A stretch of DNA of 32,000 nt, taken from Candidatus Karelsulcia muelleri. GTDB taxonomy: Bacteria; Bacteroidota; Bacteroidia; Flavobacteriales; Blattabacteriaceae. The notes under the pieces are model-generated. The model saw only the letters and a program-made list of their open reading frames with translations. It had not been told where the DNA came from and did no database searches. The position numbers were made by a program, and so were the translations under genes. Where the stretch lies: the NCBI RefSeq assembly GCF_022985615.1, contig NZ_CP094965.1, positions 120,001 to 152,000 on the forward strand, given 5' to 3'. Positions 9,584 to 19,519 of this stretch are shown piece after piece; position 1 is the first letter of the stretch, and each line of letters begins with the position of its first letter.

Positions 9584-10224
9584 GACTAATTGGAAAGAAG
9601 ATAGGTATGACTAGTTATTTTAATAAATTAGGTTACTGTATACCCTGTACAGTAATAAAAGCTGGACCTTGTACAGTATTACAAAAAAAAAGTATAAAAA
9701 AAGATGGCTATTATTCTATTCAACTAGGGTTTGAAGATAAAAAAAAGAAAAAAACTAATAAACCTTTATTAGGCCATTTTAAGAAATTTAACTCCTCTCC
9801 GAAAAAAAGAATATTTGAATTTGCAGGTAATTTTTTAAATTCTCCAGGAGATATAATAAAAGTAGATTTATTTAAAGAAAATGATAAAGTAGACATAGTA
9901 GGAAAATCGAAAGGTAAAGGATTTCAAGGGGTTGTAAAGCGTCACGGTTTTTCAGGAGTGGGTGAAAAAACACATGGTCAACATAATCGTTCTCGTGCAC
10001 CTGGTTCAATTGGTGCAGGTTCCAATCCATCAAGAGTGTTCAAAGGGACCCGAATGGCTGGAAGAATGGGTGGAAAAAGAAGAACGATAAAAAATTTAAA
10101 GATTTTAAAAATAGATTTTAAAAGAAATTTATTAATAGTAAAAGGTTCAGTACCCGGTCACCAAAATTCTTATTTATTAATAAAAATAAAATTGGATAAA
10201 AATGATAATAGAAATTTTAAATAA
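9577..10224 (+). CDS. rplC: 50S ribosomal protein L3
   Basis: [13 protein letters not shown]...[17 protein letters not shown]...[26 protein letters not shown]. Confidence 0.97.
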   Translation: MLGLIGKKIGMTSYFNKLGYCIPCTVIKAGPCTVLQKKSIKKDGYYSIQLGFEDKKKKKTNKPLLGHFKKFNSSPKKRIFEFAGNFLNSPGDIIKVDLFKENDKVDIVGKSKGKGFQGVVKRHGFSGVGEKTHGQHNRSRAPGSIGAGSNPSRVFKGTRMAGRMGGKRRTIKNLKILKIDFKRNLLIVKGSVPGHQNSYLLIKIKLDKNDNRNFK

Positions 10225-10849
10225 AAAGGGTTTAAAAACTGGTAGAAAAATAAAATTTAATTATAATTTTCTTTACAATAATATTAATATAAAAACTAAA
10301 AAACATCTAATTTATTTAGAAATTAAAAGATTTTTAGCTGCACAAAGACAAGGTAGTCATCAAACTAAAGGAAGGAGTCAGATTCAAGGAAGTAATAAAA
10401 AAATTCAGAAACAAAAAGGAAGTGGTAATGCTAGAAAAGGTGATAGAAAAAATCCTTTATTTGTTGGTGGGGGGAGAATTTTCGGTCCAGTTAAAAGAAA
10501 GTATAATTTAAAATTAAATAAAAAGATAAAAAAGCTGGCTATAAAAATTTTATTTTATGAAAAATTTATAAATAAAAAAATTAAAATTATTGCATCTTTT
10601 CCATTAAAAGAAATTTCAACAAAGAAAATAATAAAGCTGTTAAAAGTATTAAATATATTTAAAAAAAAAATATTATTTATTACTAATAAAAGAGAGAAAA
10701 AGCTCTATTTTTCTTCTAGAAACTTGAAAAATGTAAAAATTATAAATATAATAAATGGAATAAACAGTTATGATATAGCAAAAGCTTATTACTTGATAAT
10801 TAAAGAAAATTCAATAAAATATTTAGAAAATATGTTAAATAAGAGCTAA
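10202..10849 (+). CDS. rplD: 50S ribosomal protein L4
   Basis: [22 protein letters not shown]...[26 protein letters not shown]. Confidence 0.94.
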   Translation: MIIEILNKKGLKTGRKIKFNYNFLYNNINIKTKKHLIYLEIKRFLAAQRQGSHQTKGRSQIQGSNKKIQKQKGSGNARKGDRKNPLFVGGGRIFGPVKRKYNLKLNKKIKKLAIKILFYEKFINKKIKIIASFPLKEISTKKIIKLLKVLNIFKKKILFITNKREKKLYFSSRNLKNVKIINIINGINSYDIAKAYYLIIKENSIKYLENMLNKS

Positions 10850-10854
10850 AAAAG

Positions 10855-11172
10855 GTGAGTGAAAAGAGAATAAAATTCCTCTTTTATAAAGAGTATATAA
10901 ATAAAAACTTAAGTAAAAAAATAAAACCAATTATAACTGAAAAAGCTATATTTACCAATATATCAAATAATTATTATACTTTTATTTTTCCTATTTATTT
11001 TAATAAAAAGGAAATTTCAAAATATCTACAGAGAGTTTATAGAATTAAGATAACCAAGTTACATACTAATATTTATTATAAAAAAAAGAGTAATAAAAGA
11101 ATATTGAAAAAAACTTTTTCAGGAAAAAACATAAAATTTAAAAAGGCTTTTTTTAAAGTAAAAGATTTTTAA
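10855..11172 (+). CDS. rplW: 50S ribosomal protein L23 (divergent)
   Basis: IKPIITEKAIFTNISNNYYTFIFPI; position between rplD and rplB. Confidence 0.88.
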   Translation: MSEKRIKFLFYKEYINKNLSKKIKPIITEKAIFTNISNNYYTFIFPIYFNKKEISKYLQRVYRIKITKLHTNIYYKKKSNKRILKKTFSGKNIKFKKAFFKVKDF

Positions 11173-11173
11173 A

Positions 11174-12001
11174 ATGCCAATTAAGAGAAAAAACCCCATT
11201 ACGCCAAGTCAAAGGTTTCAGATATTAAATAAATTTTCTGAAATAACTAAAACAAAACCAGAGAAATCTCTGGTTTTTGGGCTTTCAAAAAAAGGAGGAA
11301 GAAATAATACTGGAAAAATTACGATGAAATATATCGGAGGAGGACATAAAAAAAAATATAGAATAATAGATTTTAAAAGAAAAAAAAGGGGAATTCCTGC
11401 TATAGTTAAATCTATAGAATATGACCCAAATAGATCTTGTTTTATTTCACTTTTACATTATATAGATGGTGAAAAAAAGTATATTTTATCTATTAAAGGA
11501 CTTACAGTTGGACAAAAAATATTATCTGATGAAATTACAGAACCAAAAATAGGAAATGCAATGTTATTAAAAAATATCCCTTTAGGAAGTATTATTTGCT
11601 GTATTGAATTGTACCCTAATTGTGGTGCTGCATTAGCTCGTAGTGCTGGAACATCGGTACAATTAATTGCGAAAAAAGAAAAATATTGTACTTTGAAATT
11701 ACCATCAGGTGAAACCCGAATGGTATTATCTAATTGTCTGGCAACTATTGGTTCAGTATCAAATCAAGATCATAAATTAGTAATTTCAGGAAAAGCTGGA
11801 AGAAACCGTAGGTTAGGAAGAAGACCTCGAACAAGAGGAGTAGCTATGAATCCAGTTGATCACCCAATGGGTGGTGGTGAAGGAAAAGCCTCAGGAGGCC
11901 ATCCAAGAAATCGAAATGGAATTCCTTCACATGGTTTTAAAACACGTAAGAAAAACAAAAAATCCAATAAATATATTATAATAAAAAAAAAAAATAAGTA
12001 G
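11174..12001 (+). CDS. rplB: 50S ribosomal protein L2
   Basis: PITPSQRFQ...[22 protein letters not shown]...[24 protein letters not shown]. Confidence 0.97.
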   Translation: MPIKRKNPITPSQRFQILNKFSEITKTKPEKSLVFGLSKKGGRNNTGKITMKYIGGGHKKKYRIIDFKRKKRGIPAIVKSIEYDPNRSCFISLLHYIDGEKKYILSIKGLTVGQKILSDEITEPKIGNAMLLKNIPLGSIICCIELYPNCGAALARSAGTSVQLIAKKEKYCTLKLPSGETRMVLSNCLATIGSVSNQDHKLVISGKAGRNRRLGRRPRTRGVAMNPVDHPMGGGEGKASGGHPRNRNGIPSHGFKTRKKNKKSNKYIIIKKKNK

Positions 12002-12009
12002 TAATAATT

Positions 12010-12300
12010 ATGCCACGTTCATTGAAAAAAGGGCCATTTATTAATTACAAATTGATTAAAAAAATAGTAATTAATAATAGATTAAAAACAAAGAAAATAA
12101 TAAAAACTTGGTCAAGAGCTTCAACAATAACTCCAGAATTTATAGGAAATTCAATTGCAGTTCATAATGGGAAAAAATTCATGACAATTTATATTTCAGA
12201 AAATATGGTAGGACATAAATTAGGAGAATTTTCTCCTACTCGAAATTTTCGTAGTCATTCTGGAGCTAAAAAAATAAAGCCTACTCGAAATAAAAAGTAA
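12010..12300 (+). CDS. rpsS: 30S ribosomal protein S19
   Basis: [10 protein letters not shown]...[15 protein letters not shown]...[12 protein letters not shown]. Confidence 0.96.
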   Translation: MPRSLKKGPFINYKLIKKIVINNRLKTKKIIKTWSRASTITPEFIGNSIAVHNGKKFMTIYISENMVGHKLGEFSPTRNFRSHSGAKKIKPTRNKK

Positions 12301-12635
12301 TGTTTAAAAACAAAAAATTAGATTTCTATTATAAATCTAATAATATTAATTATTCAAAAATTAAGCTGATAAAATTAATTAATATTATTAAGTCGAAAAA
12401 TATTGAAGATATAATGAATTTATTGATAAATTTTAAAACAAAAGGAGCAATACTTTTAAAAGAGATAATTTTGAATGCTTATAAGAATTTTAGGAGACAA
12501 TCCCCCAAAAAAAATGTATATATAAAAAACATTATAATTAACAAAAGCCGAATTTTTAAAAAAATTAGGCCAACTTCACAGGGTAGAGCTAAGAAAATAA
12601 AAAAACAATTTTTTAAAATGATTTTGATTTTTTAA
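12300..12635 (+). CDS. rplV: 50S ribosomal protein L22
   Basis: Position between rpsS and rpsC; C-terminal NKSRIFKKIRPTSQGRAKKIKKQ. Confidence 0.88.
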   Translation: MFKNKKLDFYYKSNNINYSKIKLIKLINIIKSKNIEDIMNLLINFKTKGAILLKEIILNAYKNFRRQSPKKNVYIKNIIINKSRIFKKIRPTSQGRAKKIKKQFFKMILIF

Positions 12636-12671
12636 AATGATTTTGATACTTTACCAGGAAAAAAAGAAAAA

Positions 12672-13370
12672 ATGGGACAAAAGGTAAATCCGATAGCCAA
12701 TCGGCTAGGAATCTCAACTTGCTGGAAATCAATATGGTATAGTGAAAAGTTTAATCAGCTGAAAGAAGATTTAGAAATACGAAAATATCTAAATATTAGA
12801 TTAGCAAAATCTTATTTATCATACATATATATAGAACGAAAAAAGTATAAAATTTTTATTACAATTTACTCTTCAAGACCTGTAATAATTATTGGAAAAG
12901 GCGGTAATGAAATAGAAAAATTAAAAAAAGAAATTAATAAAATTACTAAGAAAAAAATAAATATTAATATACTAGAAGTAAAGATCCCAGAAATAGAAGC
13001 TCTCTTGATTGCAAGAAACCTTGCAAATCAAATTGAAAATCGTCTACCATATAAAAAAGCTATAAAATTCGCAATAAATTCTGCATTACGTAAAAAGGTA
13101 GAAGGGATCAAAATTAAAATTTCTGGTCGTTTAAATGGAACTGAAATGGCACGTACGGAATTTTATAAAGAAGGAAGAATTCCTTTTTCGACTTTTAGAG
13201 CTAACATAGATTATTCAACTTATGAAGCTCATACTACTTATGGGAAAATAGGGATAAAAGTATGGCTTATGAAAGGAGTAGTATATAATAAAAAAGAATT
13301 ATATCTCTATCTCTTAAGACCTAAAAAGAAAAAAAAAACAAGTACTTATGCTAAAGCCAAAAATAAATAA
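12672..13370 (+). CDS. rpsC: 30S ribosomal protein S3
   Basis: [14 protein letters not shown]...[17 protein letters not shown]...[30 protein letters not shown]. Confidence 0.96.
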   Translation: MGQKVNPIANRLGISTCWKSIWYSEKFNQLKEDLEIRKYLNIRLAKSYLSYIYIERKKYKIFITIYSSRPVIIIGKGGNEIEKLKKEINKITKKKININILEVKIPEIEALLIARNLANQIENRLPYKKAIKFAINSALRKKVEGIKIKISGRLNGTEMARTEFYKEGRIPFSTFRANIDYSTYEAHTTYGKIGIKVWLMKGVVYNKKELYLYLLRPKKKKKTSTYAKAKNK

Positions 13371-13755
13371 ATTTGATAAACTCCATAAAGGCCGAATAAA
13401 AGGATATGCTAAAAAAGGTACAAAACTTCACTTTGGGATATTTGGACTAAAAACTTTAGATACAGCTTGGCTTTCAGATAGACAAATAGAAGCAGCACGT
13501 ATAGCAGCTACACGACATATGAAAAGACAAGGAAAATTATGGATCAATATTTTTCCTAATAAGCCTATTACAAAAAAACCTCAAGAAGTTAGAATGGGTA
13601 AAGGAAAAGGGGCTATAGACCATTGGGTGGCTGTGGTAAAACCTGGGAGAATATTAATAGAAATCGATGGAGTAAATTTGGAAATAGGAAAAGAAGCTTT
13701 AAGATTAGCTGCTAATAAATTGCCAATAAGAACAAAATTAATTTTAAAAGGATGA
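13348..13755 (+). CDS. rplP: 50S ribosomal protein L16
   Basis: [19 protein letters not shown]...[25 protein letters not shown]; overlaps rpsC by 23 bp. Confidence 0.96.
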   Translation: MLKPKINKFDKLHKGRIKGYAKKGTKLHFGIFGLKTLDTAWLSDRQIEAARIAATRHMKRQGKLWINIFPNKPITKKPQEVRMGKGKGAIDHWVAVVKPGRILIEIDGVNLEIGKEALRLAANKLPIRTKLILKG

Positions 13756-13991
13756 GGAAAAAAAAAAGAATTGGTATAATATTAAGTGATAAAATGAATA
13801 AAACAAGAGTAGTAGGTGAAGTAGTAAAAAGAAAACATAAGATTTATAAAAAGAATATTTATTATACCAGAAAATATTTTGTTCACGATGAAAAAAATAA
13901 ATCCAATAAAGGGAATACAGTAGAAATAATTTTTACACGACCATTAAGTAAGAAGAAACGTTGGAATTTATTTAAAATAATAAAATGTTAA
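13752..13991 (+). CDS. rpsQ: 30S ribosomal protein S17
   Basis: [27 protein letters not shown]...YFVHDEKN. Confidence 0.93.
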   Translation: MRKKKRIGIILSDKMNKTRVVGEVVKRKHKIYKKNIYYTRKYFVHDEKNKSNKGNTVEIIFTRPLSKKKRWNLFKIIKC

Positions 13992-14006
13992 TGTTAAGAA
14001 TCAAAT

Positions 14007-14375
14007 ATGTTACAACAAGAATCATTTCTTAATGTTGCTGATAACACGGGTGCAAAAAAAGTTTTATTAATCCGTGTATTAGGAGGTACTAAAAAAAACT
14101 ATGCTTCTCTTGGCGATACTATTATAGTAACAGTTAAAAATTCAATTGCTGGATCTACCATCAAAAAAGGACAAGTCACAAAAGCAGTAGTAGTTCGAAC
14201 AAAATATAAAGTTAAACGCAAGGATGGATCATATATAAGTTTCGATGATAATGCCTGTGTTTTATTATCAAAAAGTGGCGAAATTAGAGGTACTAGAATC
14301 TTTGGGCCAGTGGCAAGAGAATTAAGAGAAAAAGAATATATGAAAATAATTTCATTAGCTGTAGAAGTATTATAA
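14007..14375 (+). CDS. rplN: 50S ribosomal protein L14
   Basis: [27 protein letters not shown]...[10 protein letters not shown]. Confidence 0.97.
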   Translation: MLQQESFLNVADNTGAKKVLLIRVLGGTKKNYASLGDTIIVTVKNSIAGSTIKKGQVTKAVVVRTKYKVKRKDGSYISFDDNACVLLSKSGEIRGTRIFGPVARELREKEYMKIISLAVEVL

Positions 14376-14382
14376 TATTAAA

Positions 14383-14715
14383 ATGAAAATTAAAACTAAA
14401 GATACTATATTAATTAATAGTGGGAATTCTAAAGGCAAGAAAGGGCAAGTTATAAAGATTATAAAAAAGAAAAAGAGAGCTTTAGTAAAACTTTTCAATC
14501 AGCAATTAATTGAAATTGATTTATCGAATATACTTTTAATATATAGACCCTCTTATAATTATAAGAGTTTTGACAAAGTCCAAAAACTTTTAATTAAAGT
14601 GAGAAAAATAAATAAAAAATTAAATTCTTTCTTTTCGATAGAAGAATTAAAGAATTTATTAAAGATTAGAGATTTAGAAAATATTAAACTTAGAAAGAAT
14701 GAATTATTTACCTAG
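14383..14715 (+). CDS. rplX: 50S ribosomal protein L24 (divergent, extended C-terminus)
   Basis: KIKTKDTILINSGNSKGKKGQVIKIIKKKKRALV KOW-type start; position between rplN and rplE. Confidence 0.85.
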   Translation: MKIKTKDTILINSGNSKGKKGQVIKIIKKKKRALVKLFNQQLIEIDLSNILLIYRPSYNYKSFDKVQKLLIKVRKINKKLNSFFSIEELKNLLKIRDLENIKLRKNELFT

Positions 14716-15244
14716 ATTGAAAAAAAAATACAATGAAGAGATTAAATTAAAATTAAAAAAAAAGTTTCTATATGAAGGTATAATGCAAATTCCCAAATTA
14801 ACTAAAATAGTAATAAATCAAGGTATTAACAGATCTATATATGATAAAAATACATTAAATAATGCAATTGAAAATATTTCTTTAATATCTGGACAGAAAG
14901 CAATTTTTTGCCAATCAAAACGTGATGAATCAGGATTTCAACTAAGAAAAGGAACACCTATCAGTGTAAAAGTCACACTACGCAGAAATAGAATGTATGA
15001 ATTTTTAGATAGATTAATAAATATTGTTTTACCTAGAGTTCGTGATTTCAATGGAGTAAATAAAAAGAGTTTTGATGGAAAAGGAAATTATAATTTAGGA
15101 ATTCGTGAACAAATTATCTTTCCAGAAATAAAAAAAGATTTTAAAAAAAATATAGGAATGAATATTACTTTTGTGACTACTGCTAAAAAAGATAAAGAAG
15201 CTAAATATTTATTATATTTATTTGGTCTTCCTTTTAAAAAATAA
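14699..15244 (+). CDS. rplE: 50S ribosomal protein L5
   Basis: [13 protein letters not shown]...[43 protein letters not shown]. Confidence 0.95.
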   Translation: MNYLPRLKKKYNEEIKLKLKKKFLYEGIMQIPKLTKIVINQGINRSIYDKNTLNNAIENISLISGQKAIFCQSKRDESGFQLRKGTPISVKVTLRRNRMYEFLDRLINIVLPRVRDFNGVNKKSFDGKGNYNLGIREQIIFPEIKKDFKKNIGMNITFVTTAKKDKEAKYLLYLFGLPFKK

Positions 15245-15248
15245 AATT

Positions 15249-15518
15249 ATGTCTAAAGAATCTATAAAAGCTAGACAAAAAAAACGTAGAATTTTAGTTG
15301 AGAAATATGCTAAAAAAAGAGCTTATTATAAGAAAATAGGAGATAATATAAATTTACAAAAATTGCCTAAAAATGCTTCTCCAGTTCGTTTACATAATAT
15401 TTGTAAGCTCACTGGGAGAACTAAAGGTTATATTCGCAAATTTGGGGTCTCACGATTAGAATTTAGACGATTAGCCTCTCAAGGTTTAATTCCAGGAGTA
15501 AGAAAAGCTAGTTGGTAA
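15249..15518 (+). CDS. rpsN: 30S ribosomal protein S14
   Basis: [24 protein letters not shown]...[33 protein letters not shown]; track ORF starts at 15222 but the S14 start is at 15249. Confidence 0.95.
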   Translation: MSKESIKARQKKRRILVEKYAKKRAYYKKIGDNINLQKLPKNASPVRLHNICKLTGRTKGYIRKFGVSRLEFRRLASQGLIPGVRKASW

Positions 15519-15530
15519 AAAAATAAAAGA

Positions 15531-15920
15531 ATGATTACAGATCCAATTGCCGATTGTTTAACAAGAATTAGAAATGGGTGCCTATCTAAGAAAGATATTA
15601 TTTATATACAATATTCGAAAGTTATAAAAAATATTCTTAAAATTTTCCTTGAACAAGGGTTTATAGGAAATTATAAATTAAAAACAAATAAAATAATAAA
15701 GGTATATTTAAAATATATTTATCCTAAAAAAAACTCGGTAATTAAATATATTAAAAGAATAAGTAAACCAAGTTTAAGAAAATATTCAAGTAGTAAAAAT
15801 TTACCTAGAGTTCTTAATGGGTTAGGAATAGCTATTATATCAACCTCAAAAGGAATAATTACTGATAAATTAGCTAGAAAAAAAAAACTAGGTGGTGAAA
15901 TAATTTGTTATGTATATTAA
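15531..15920 (+). CDS. rpsH: 30S ribosomal protein S8
   Basis: [16 protein letters not shown]...[32 protein letters not shown]. Confidence 0.95.
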   Translation: MITDPIADCLTRIRNGCLSKKDIIYIQYSKVIKNILKIFLEQGFIGNYKLKTNKIIKVYLKYIYPKKNSVIKYIKRISKPSLRKYSSSKNLPRVLNGLGIAIISTSKGIITDKLARKKKLGGEIICYVY

Positions 15921-15936
15921 ATAATATAAAAGCTTC

Positions 15937-16503
15937 ATGTCTAGAATTGGAAAAAGAAATATTATTATACCCAAGAATATTTTAATTAAAATTAAAAATA
16001 AGGTAATTTCTGTAACTGGTCCTCTTGGAAAACTTTCTCTTCAAATAAGAGGGAACCTAAAAATAGAAAGGGCAGAAAATAAAATAACAATAAAAAGAAG
16101 AGAGAATAATAAATATAATAAATATAATAAATCTCTACATGGATTATACAGAATGCTAATTAATAATATGATTATTGGTGTATTATATGGTTTTAAAAAA
16201 GAATTAGAATTGAAAGGAGTAGGTTATAAAGTTGCTTTAGATAATGAAAAAAAAGTATTAGAATTTAACTTAGGCTACTCTCATAATATAGTAATGAATT
16301 TCCCCAAAGACTTAAAAGTAGAAATAAAAAATGAAATGAACAAAAATCCTCGTATTATTTTAATGTCATATGATAAACAATTATTGGGGATATTTGCGGC
16401 TAAAATAAGATCTTTAAGAAAACCTGATCCTTATAAAGGCAAAGGAATTCGTTATATTAATGAATATATTATTAAAAAAGCAGGTAAATCGACTGTTAAA
16501 TAA
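15937..16503 (+). CDS. rplF: 50S ribosomal protein L6
   Basis: MSRIGKRNIIIPKNI...KELELKGVGYKVALDN...SLRKPDPYKGKGIRYINE. Confidence 0.96.
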   Translation: MSRIGKRNIIIPKNILIKIKNKVISVTGPLGKLSLQIRGNLKIERAENKITIKRRENNKYNKYNKSLHGLYRMLINNMIIGVLYGFKKELELKGVGYKVALDNEKKVLEFNLGYSHNIVMNFPKDLKVEIKNEMNKNPRIILMSYDKQLLGIFAAKIRSLRKPDPYKGKGIRYINEYIIKKAGKSTVK

Positions 16504-16516
16504 ATGAATTGCTTAT

Positions 16517-16804
16517 ATGAAAAAAAAAAGACCTAGAATTTCAGTCTTTAGAAGTAATAAGCAGATTTATGTTCAAATAATAGATGATGTTAATCATCAG
16601 ACTTTACTATCATATTCTTCGAAAAAAAAATCTAATTTAAAAATTACTAAAACTAAAATGGCAAGGAAAATAGGGATGATTTTAGGAGAAAAAGCCAAAA
16701 AAAGAGGTATTTATAAGTTAGTTTTTGATAGAAATGGATATTTATATCATGGTAGAGTTAAAGCTTTGGCAGAGGGTTTAAGAAAAACTGGTTTAAAATT
16801 TTAA
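16517..16804 (+). CDS. rplR: 50S ribosomal protein L18 (short N-terminus)
   Basis: RPRISVFRSNKQIYVQIIDD...FDRNGYLYHGRVKALAEGLRKTGLKF. Confidence 0.94.
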   Translation: MKKKRPRISVFRSNKQIYVQIIDDVNHQTLLSYSSKKKSNLKITKTKMARKIGMILGEKAKKRGIYKLVFDRNGYLYHGRVKALAEGLRKTGLKF

Positions 16805-16807
16805 AAT

Positions 16808-17302
16808 ATGAAAGTACAAGGAAACAAATTAAAAGAGAAATTAGTAACTTTAAAAAGAGTATGTAAAGTCACAAAAGGAAGAAGATATTTCAGTTTTACA
16901 GCTTTAGTAGTTAAAGGAAATAAAAAGGGGTTAGTAGGTTTTGGGGTTGGCAAAGCTAAAGAACCACAAAACGCTATAAAAAAGGCTGGAGATAAAGCAG
17001 AAAAAAGATTGGTTAAAATATCATTAAAAAGGGGAACTATTCCTCATGAACAAAAAGCTAAACATGGCAGTACTTATATATTTCTTTATCCAGCTTCTGA
17101 AGGTACTGGAATAATTGCAGGTGGTGTGGTTAGAATAGTTTTAGAATTAGTAGGTGTAAAAAATATTTTCTCTAAATTGAATGGTTCATCTAATCCTAAT
17201 AATTGCATTAGGGCAGTAATATTAGCTTTAACAAAAATTAGAAATGCATATACTATTTCCAAAGAAAGAGGGATATCTATTAAAAAGATTTTTGAAGTTT
17301 AA
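16808..17302 (+). CDS. rpsE: 30S ribosomal protein S5
   Basis: LVTLKRVCKVTKGRRYFSFTALVVKGNKKGLVGFGVGKAKE...PASEGTGIIAGGVVR. Confidence 0.96.
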   Translation: MKVQGNKLKEKLVTLKRVCKVTKGRRYFSFTALVVKGNKKGLVGFGVGKAKEPQNAIKKAGDKAEKRLVKISLKRGTIPHEQKAKHGSTYIFLYPASEGTGIIAGGVVRIVLELVGVKNIFSKLNGSSNPNNCIRAVILALTKIRNAYTISKERGISIKKIFEV

Positions 17303-17314
17303 ATTTATTATACC

Positions 17315-17767
17315 ATGATTCTGAATCATTTAACTCCTCTTCAAGGCTCAAATAAGAAAGGCAAACGATTAGGAAGAGGAAAAGGTTCTGGAAAAGGAAA
17401 AACGGCTACTAGAGGTAATAAAGGGGCTAAATCTCGTTCTGGGAATTCTGTGAAATTAGGATTTGAAGGTGGACAAATGCCTTTCCATAAACGGATTCCC
17501 AAATTTGGATTTAAAAATAGAAATAAAAAAAAATATAAAATATTTAATTTAGAAACGCTAGAAGATCTAATAAATATTGGAAAAGTAAAAAGAAATTTAA
17601 TAAATAATAATGTATTGATAAAAATTGGTTTATTAAAAAAAAAAGAGGTTTTTAAAATCTTAGGAAAAGGGGAATTAACTCATAAAATAAAACTTTTTGC
17701 TCATAAGTTTAGTAAAAAAGCCTCTCTAAAGATTAAAAAGCTTGGAGGAAAGCCTATAATTAAATAA
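17315..17767 (+). CDS. rplO: 50S ribosomal protein L15
   Basis: L..GSNKKGKRLGRGKGSGKGKTATRGNKGAKSRSG...GFEGGQMPFHKRIPKFGF. Confidence 0.95.
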   Translation: MILNHLTPLQGSNKKGKRLGRGKGSGKGKTATRGNKGAKSRSGNSVKLGFEGGQMPFHKRIPKFGFKNRNKKKYKIFNLETLEDLINIGKVKRNLINNNVLIKIGLLKKKEVFKILGKGELTHKIKLFAHKFSKKASLKIKKLGGKPIIK

Positions 17768-17771
17768 ATAA

Positions 17772-17988
17772 ATGACGAAAGCAAAATATATTAAATCCAA
17801 GGTATGGATAGTCAAACAGGCTTTACCAAATGTTACCAAGTACAAAAGGATAGTAACTGGATAAAGGTAAAAATGTAAAAAAAGGGAAAATGAGAAGGAA
17901 TTATATTAAAATTTTACCAGGCGATAAAGTTAAATTGCAGATTTACTATTATGATTTAACTAAAGCAAGAATAATATATAGATACTAA
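17772..17988 (+). pseudogene. infA: Translation initiation factor IF-1, disrupted
   Basis: [30 protein letters not shown] (17772-17864), then after a frameshift [49 protein letters not shown] (in-frame TAA before KKGKMRR; stop 17986-17988); located in the expected infA slot before rpmJ. Confidence 0.85.
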
Positions 17989-18014
17989 AAGTTATAAAGT
18001 TATAATCTAAAGTT

Positions 18015-18131
18015 ATGAAAAAAGTTACCTCTTTAAAAAGAAGAAGTCAAAATTGCAAAATTGTTAAAAGAAAAGGAAAATTAATAATTATAAATAAAGT
18101 TAAACCGAAATATAAACAAAAACAAAGATAA
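18015..18131 (+). CDS. rpmJ: 50S ribosomal protein L36
   Basis: Translated manually: MKKVTSLKRRSQNCKIVKRKGKLIIINKVKPKYKQKQR (38 aa); canonical rpmJ position before rpsM; missed by ORF track because <60 aa. Confidence 0.92.
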   Translation: MKKVTSLKRRSQNCKIVKRKGKLIIINKVKPKYKQKQR

Positions 18132-18134
18132 TAT

Positions 18135-18518
18135 ATGGCTCTGATATCTGGAATAAATATACCAGAAAATAAAAGAGGAATTATAGCTCTAACTTATATT
18201 TTTGGGATTGGAAAAAATATTTCTAAAACAATATTTGAAATTCTAAAAATGAATCCAAATACAAAAGTAAAGAATTGGTCAGATTTAGAATTAAATAATA
18301 TTAGAAAATTTATAAATAAGAATATAAAAATTGAAGGGGAGTTGAAAACTGAGATTAAATTAGATATTAAGAGATTACTTGATATAAAATGTTATAGAGG
18401 AATCAGACATAAAATTGGTCTTCCAGTTAGAGGTCAGAAGACTAAAAATAATTGTAGGACCAGAAAAGGGAAAAGAAAAACAATAGCTAATAAAAAAAAA
18501 ATTATTAAAAAGTCATAA
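18135..18518 (+). CDS. rpsM: 30S ribosomal protein S13
   Basis: ISGINIPENKRGIIALTYIFGIGK...CYRGIRHKIGLPVRGQKTKNNCRTRKGKRKT. Confidence 0.96.
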   Translation: MALISGINIPENKRGIIALTYIFGIGKNISKTIFEILKMNPNTKVKNWSDLELNNIRKFINKNIKIEGELKTEIKLDIKRLLDIKCYRGIRHKIGLPVRGQKTKNNCRTRKGKRKTIANKKKIIKKS

Positions 18519-18521
18519 TAA

Positions 18522-18875
18522 ATGAAAAATCAAGATATATCTTGTTGCAATGTTCACATAAAGTCTACATTTAACAATATTATTATAACTTTGTCTAATT
18601 TTAAAGGTGATGTGCTGGCCTGGGCTTCAGCTGGACAAAAAGGTTTTAAAGGTGCAAAAAAAAATACCCCTTATGCTGCTTGTAAAACAGCTCAAGATAT
18701 AGTAGAAAAAGGGAAAAAAATGGGTATTAAAAAAATTAATATTATTGTTAAAGGTCCAGGAGGTGGACGAGAAGCAGCAATTAGAACTTTAAGTAATCTA
18801 AATGTTATGAAAATAAAAGATATTACTCCTATTCCCCATAATGGTTGTAGACCCCCAAAAAAAAGAAGAATATAG
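18522..18875 (+). CDS. rpsK: 30S ribosomal protein S11
   Basis: [42 protein letters not shown]...[12 protein letters not shown]. Confidence 0.96.
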   Translation: MKNQDISCCNVHIKSTFNNIIITLSNFKGDVLAWASAGQKGFKGAKKNTPYAACKTAQDIVEKGKKMGIKKINIIVKGPGGGREAAIRTLSNLNVMKIKDITPIPHNGCRPPKKRRI

Positions 18876-18902
18876 TATATTATATATAAAATATATAAAA
18901 AA

Positions 18903-19499
18903 ATGGCTAAATATATTGGTCCTAAAAATAAAATCTCTAGAAAATTTGGTTGTCTTATTTATGGAATTAAAAAAAAAAGTTTTGAAAAAAAAAACTATCC
19001 ACCTGGTCAACATGGACCAAAAAAAAAAACAATAAATTTTAATAAATCAAATTATTATATTCAATTATTAGAAAAACAAAAGATAAAATATCTTTATGGA
19101 ATTCTAGAAAAACAATTTAGAAAAATCTTTGAAAAAGCTTCAAAAAAAAAGGGGATCACTGGAGAAATACTTTTACAACTTTGTGAATCCAGGTTAGATA
19201 ATGTCGTCTATAGATTAAATTTTGCTCCTACTAGACCAAGTGCCAGACAGTTAGTTACTCATCGACATATATTAGTAAATGGAAAAATTGTTAATATTCC
19301 ATCTTTTACATTAAAACCTGGGGATATAATTTCGGTTAAAGAAAATTTAAAAATCTCTGCAAATTATAAATTACTAAAAAAAATTTCCAATTGGTTGATG
19401 TTAAAAAAAAGGAAAGGAATTTTTAAATATATTCCTAGGAGAGAACAAATTCCCGAAAATATTAATGAACGTTTACTAGTAGAATTGTATTCTAAATAA
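18903..19499 (+). CDS. rpsD: 30S ribosomal protein S4
   Basis: [16 protein letters not shown]...YPPGQHGP...[11 protein letters not shown]-like [35 protein letters not shown]. Confidence 0.96.
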   Translation: MAKYIGPKNKISRKFGCLIYGIKKKSFEKKNYPPGQHGPKKKTINFNKSNYYIQLLEKQKIKYLYGILEKQFRKIFEKASKKKGITGEILLQLCESRLDNVVYRLNFAPTRPSARQLVTHRHILVNGKIVNIPSFTLKPGDIISVKENLKISANYKLLKKISNWLMLKKRKGIFKYIPRREQIPENINERLLVELYSK

Positions 19500-19519
19500 T
19501 TTAATTTAATAATAGTATT

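Noticed and set aside
18841-19035. 64-aa plus-strand ORF overlapping rpsK and rpsD, and the minus ORF 18798-19013
   Set aside because: Out-of-frame reading of S11/S4 coding sequence.
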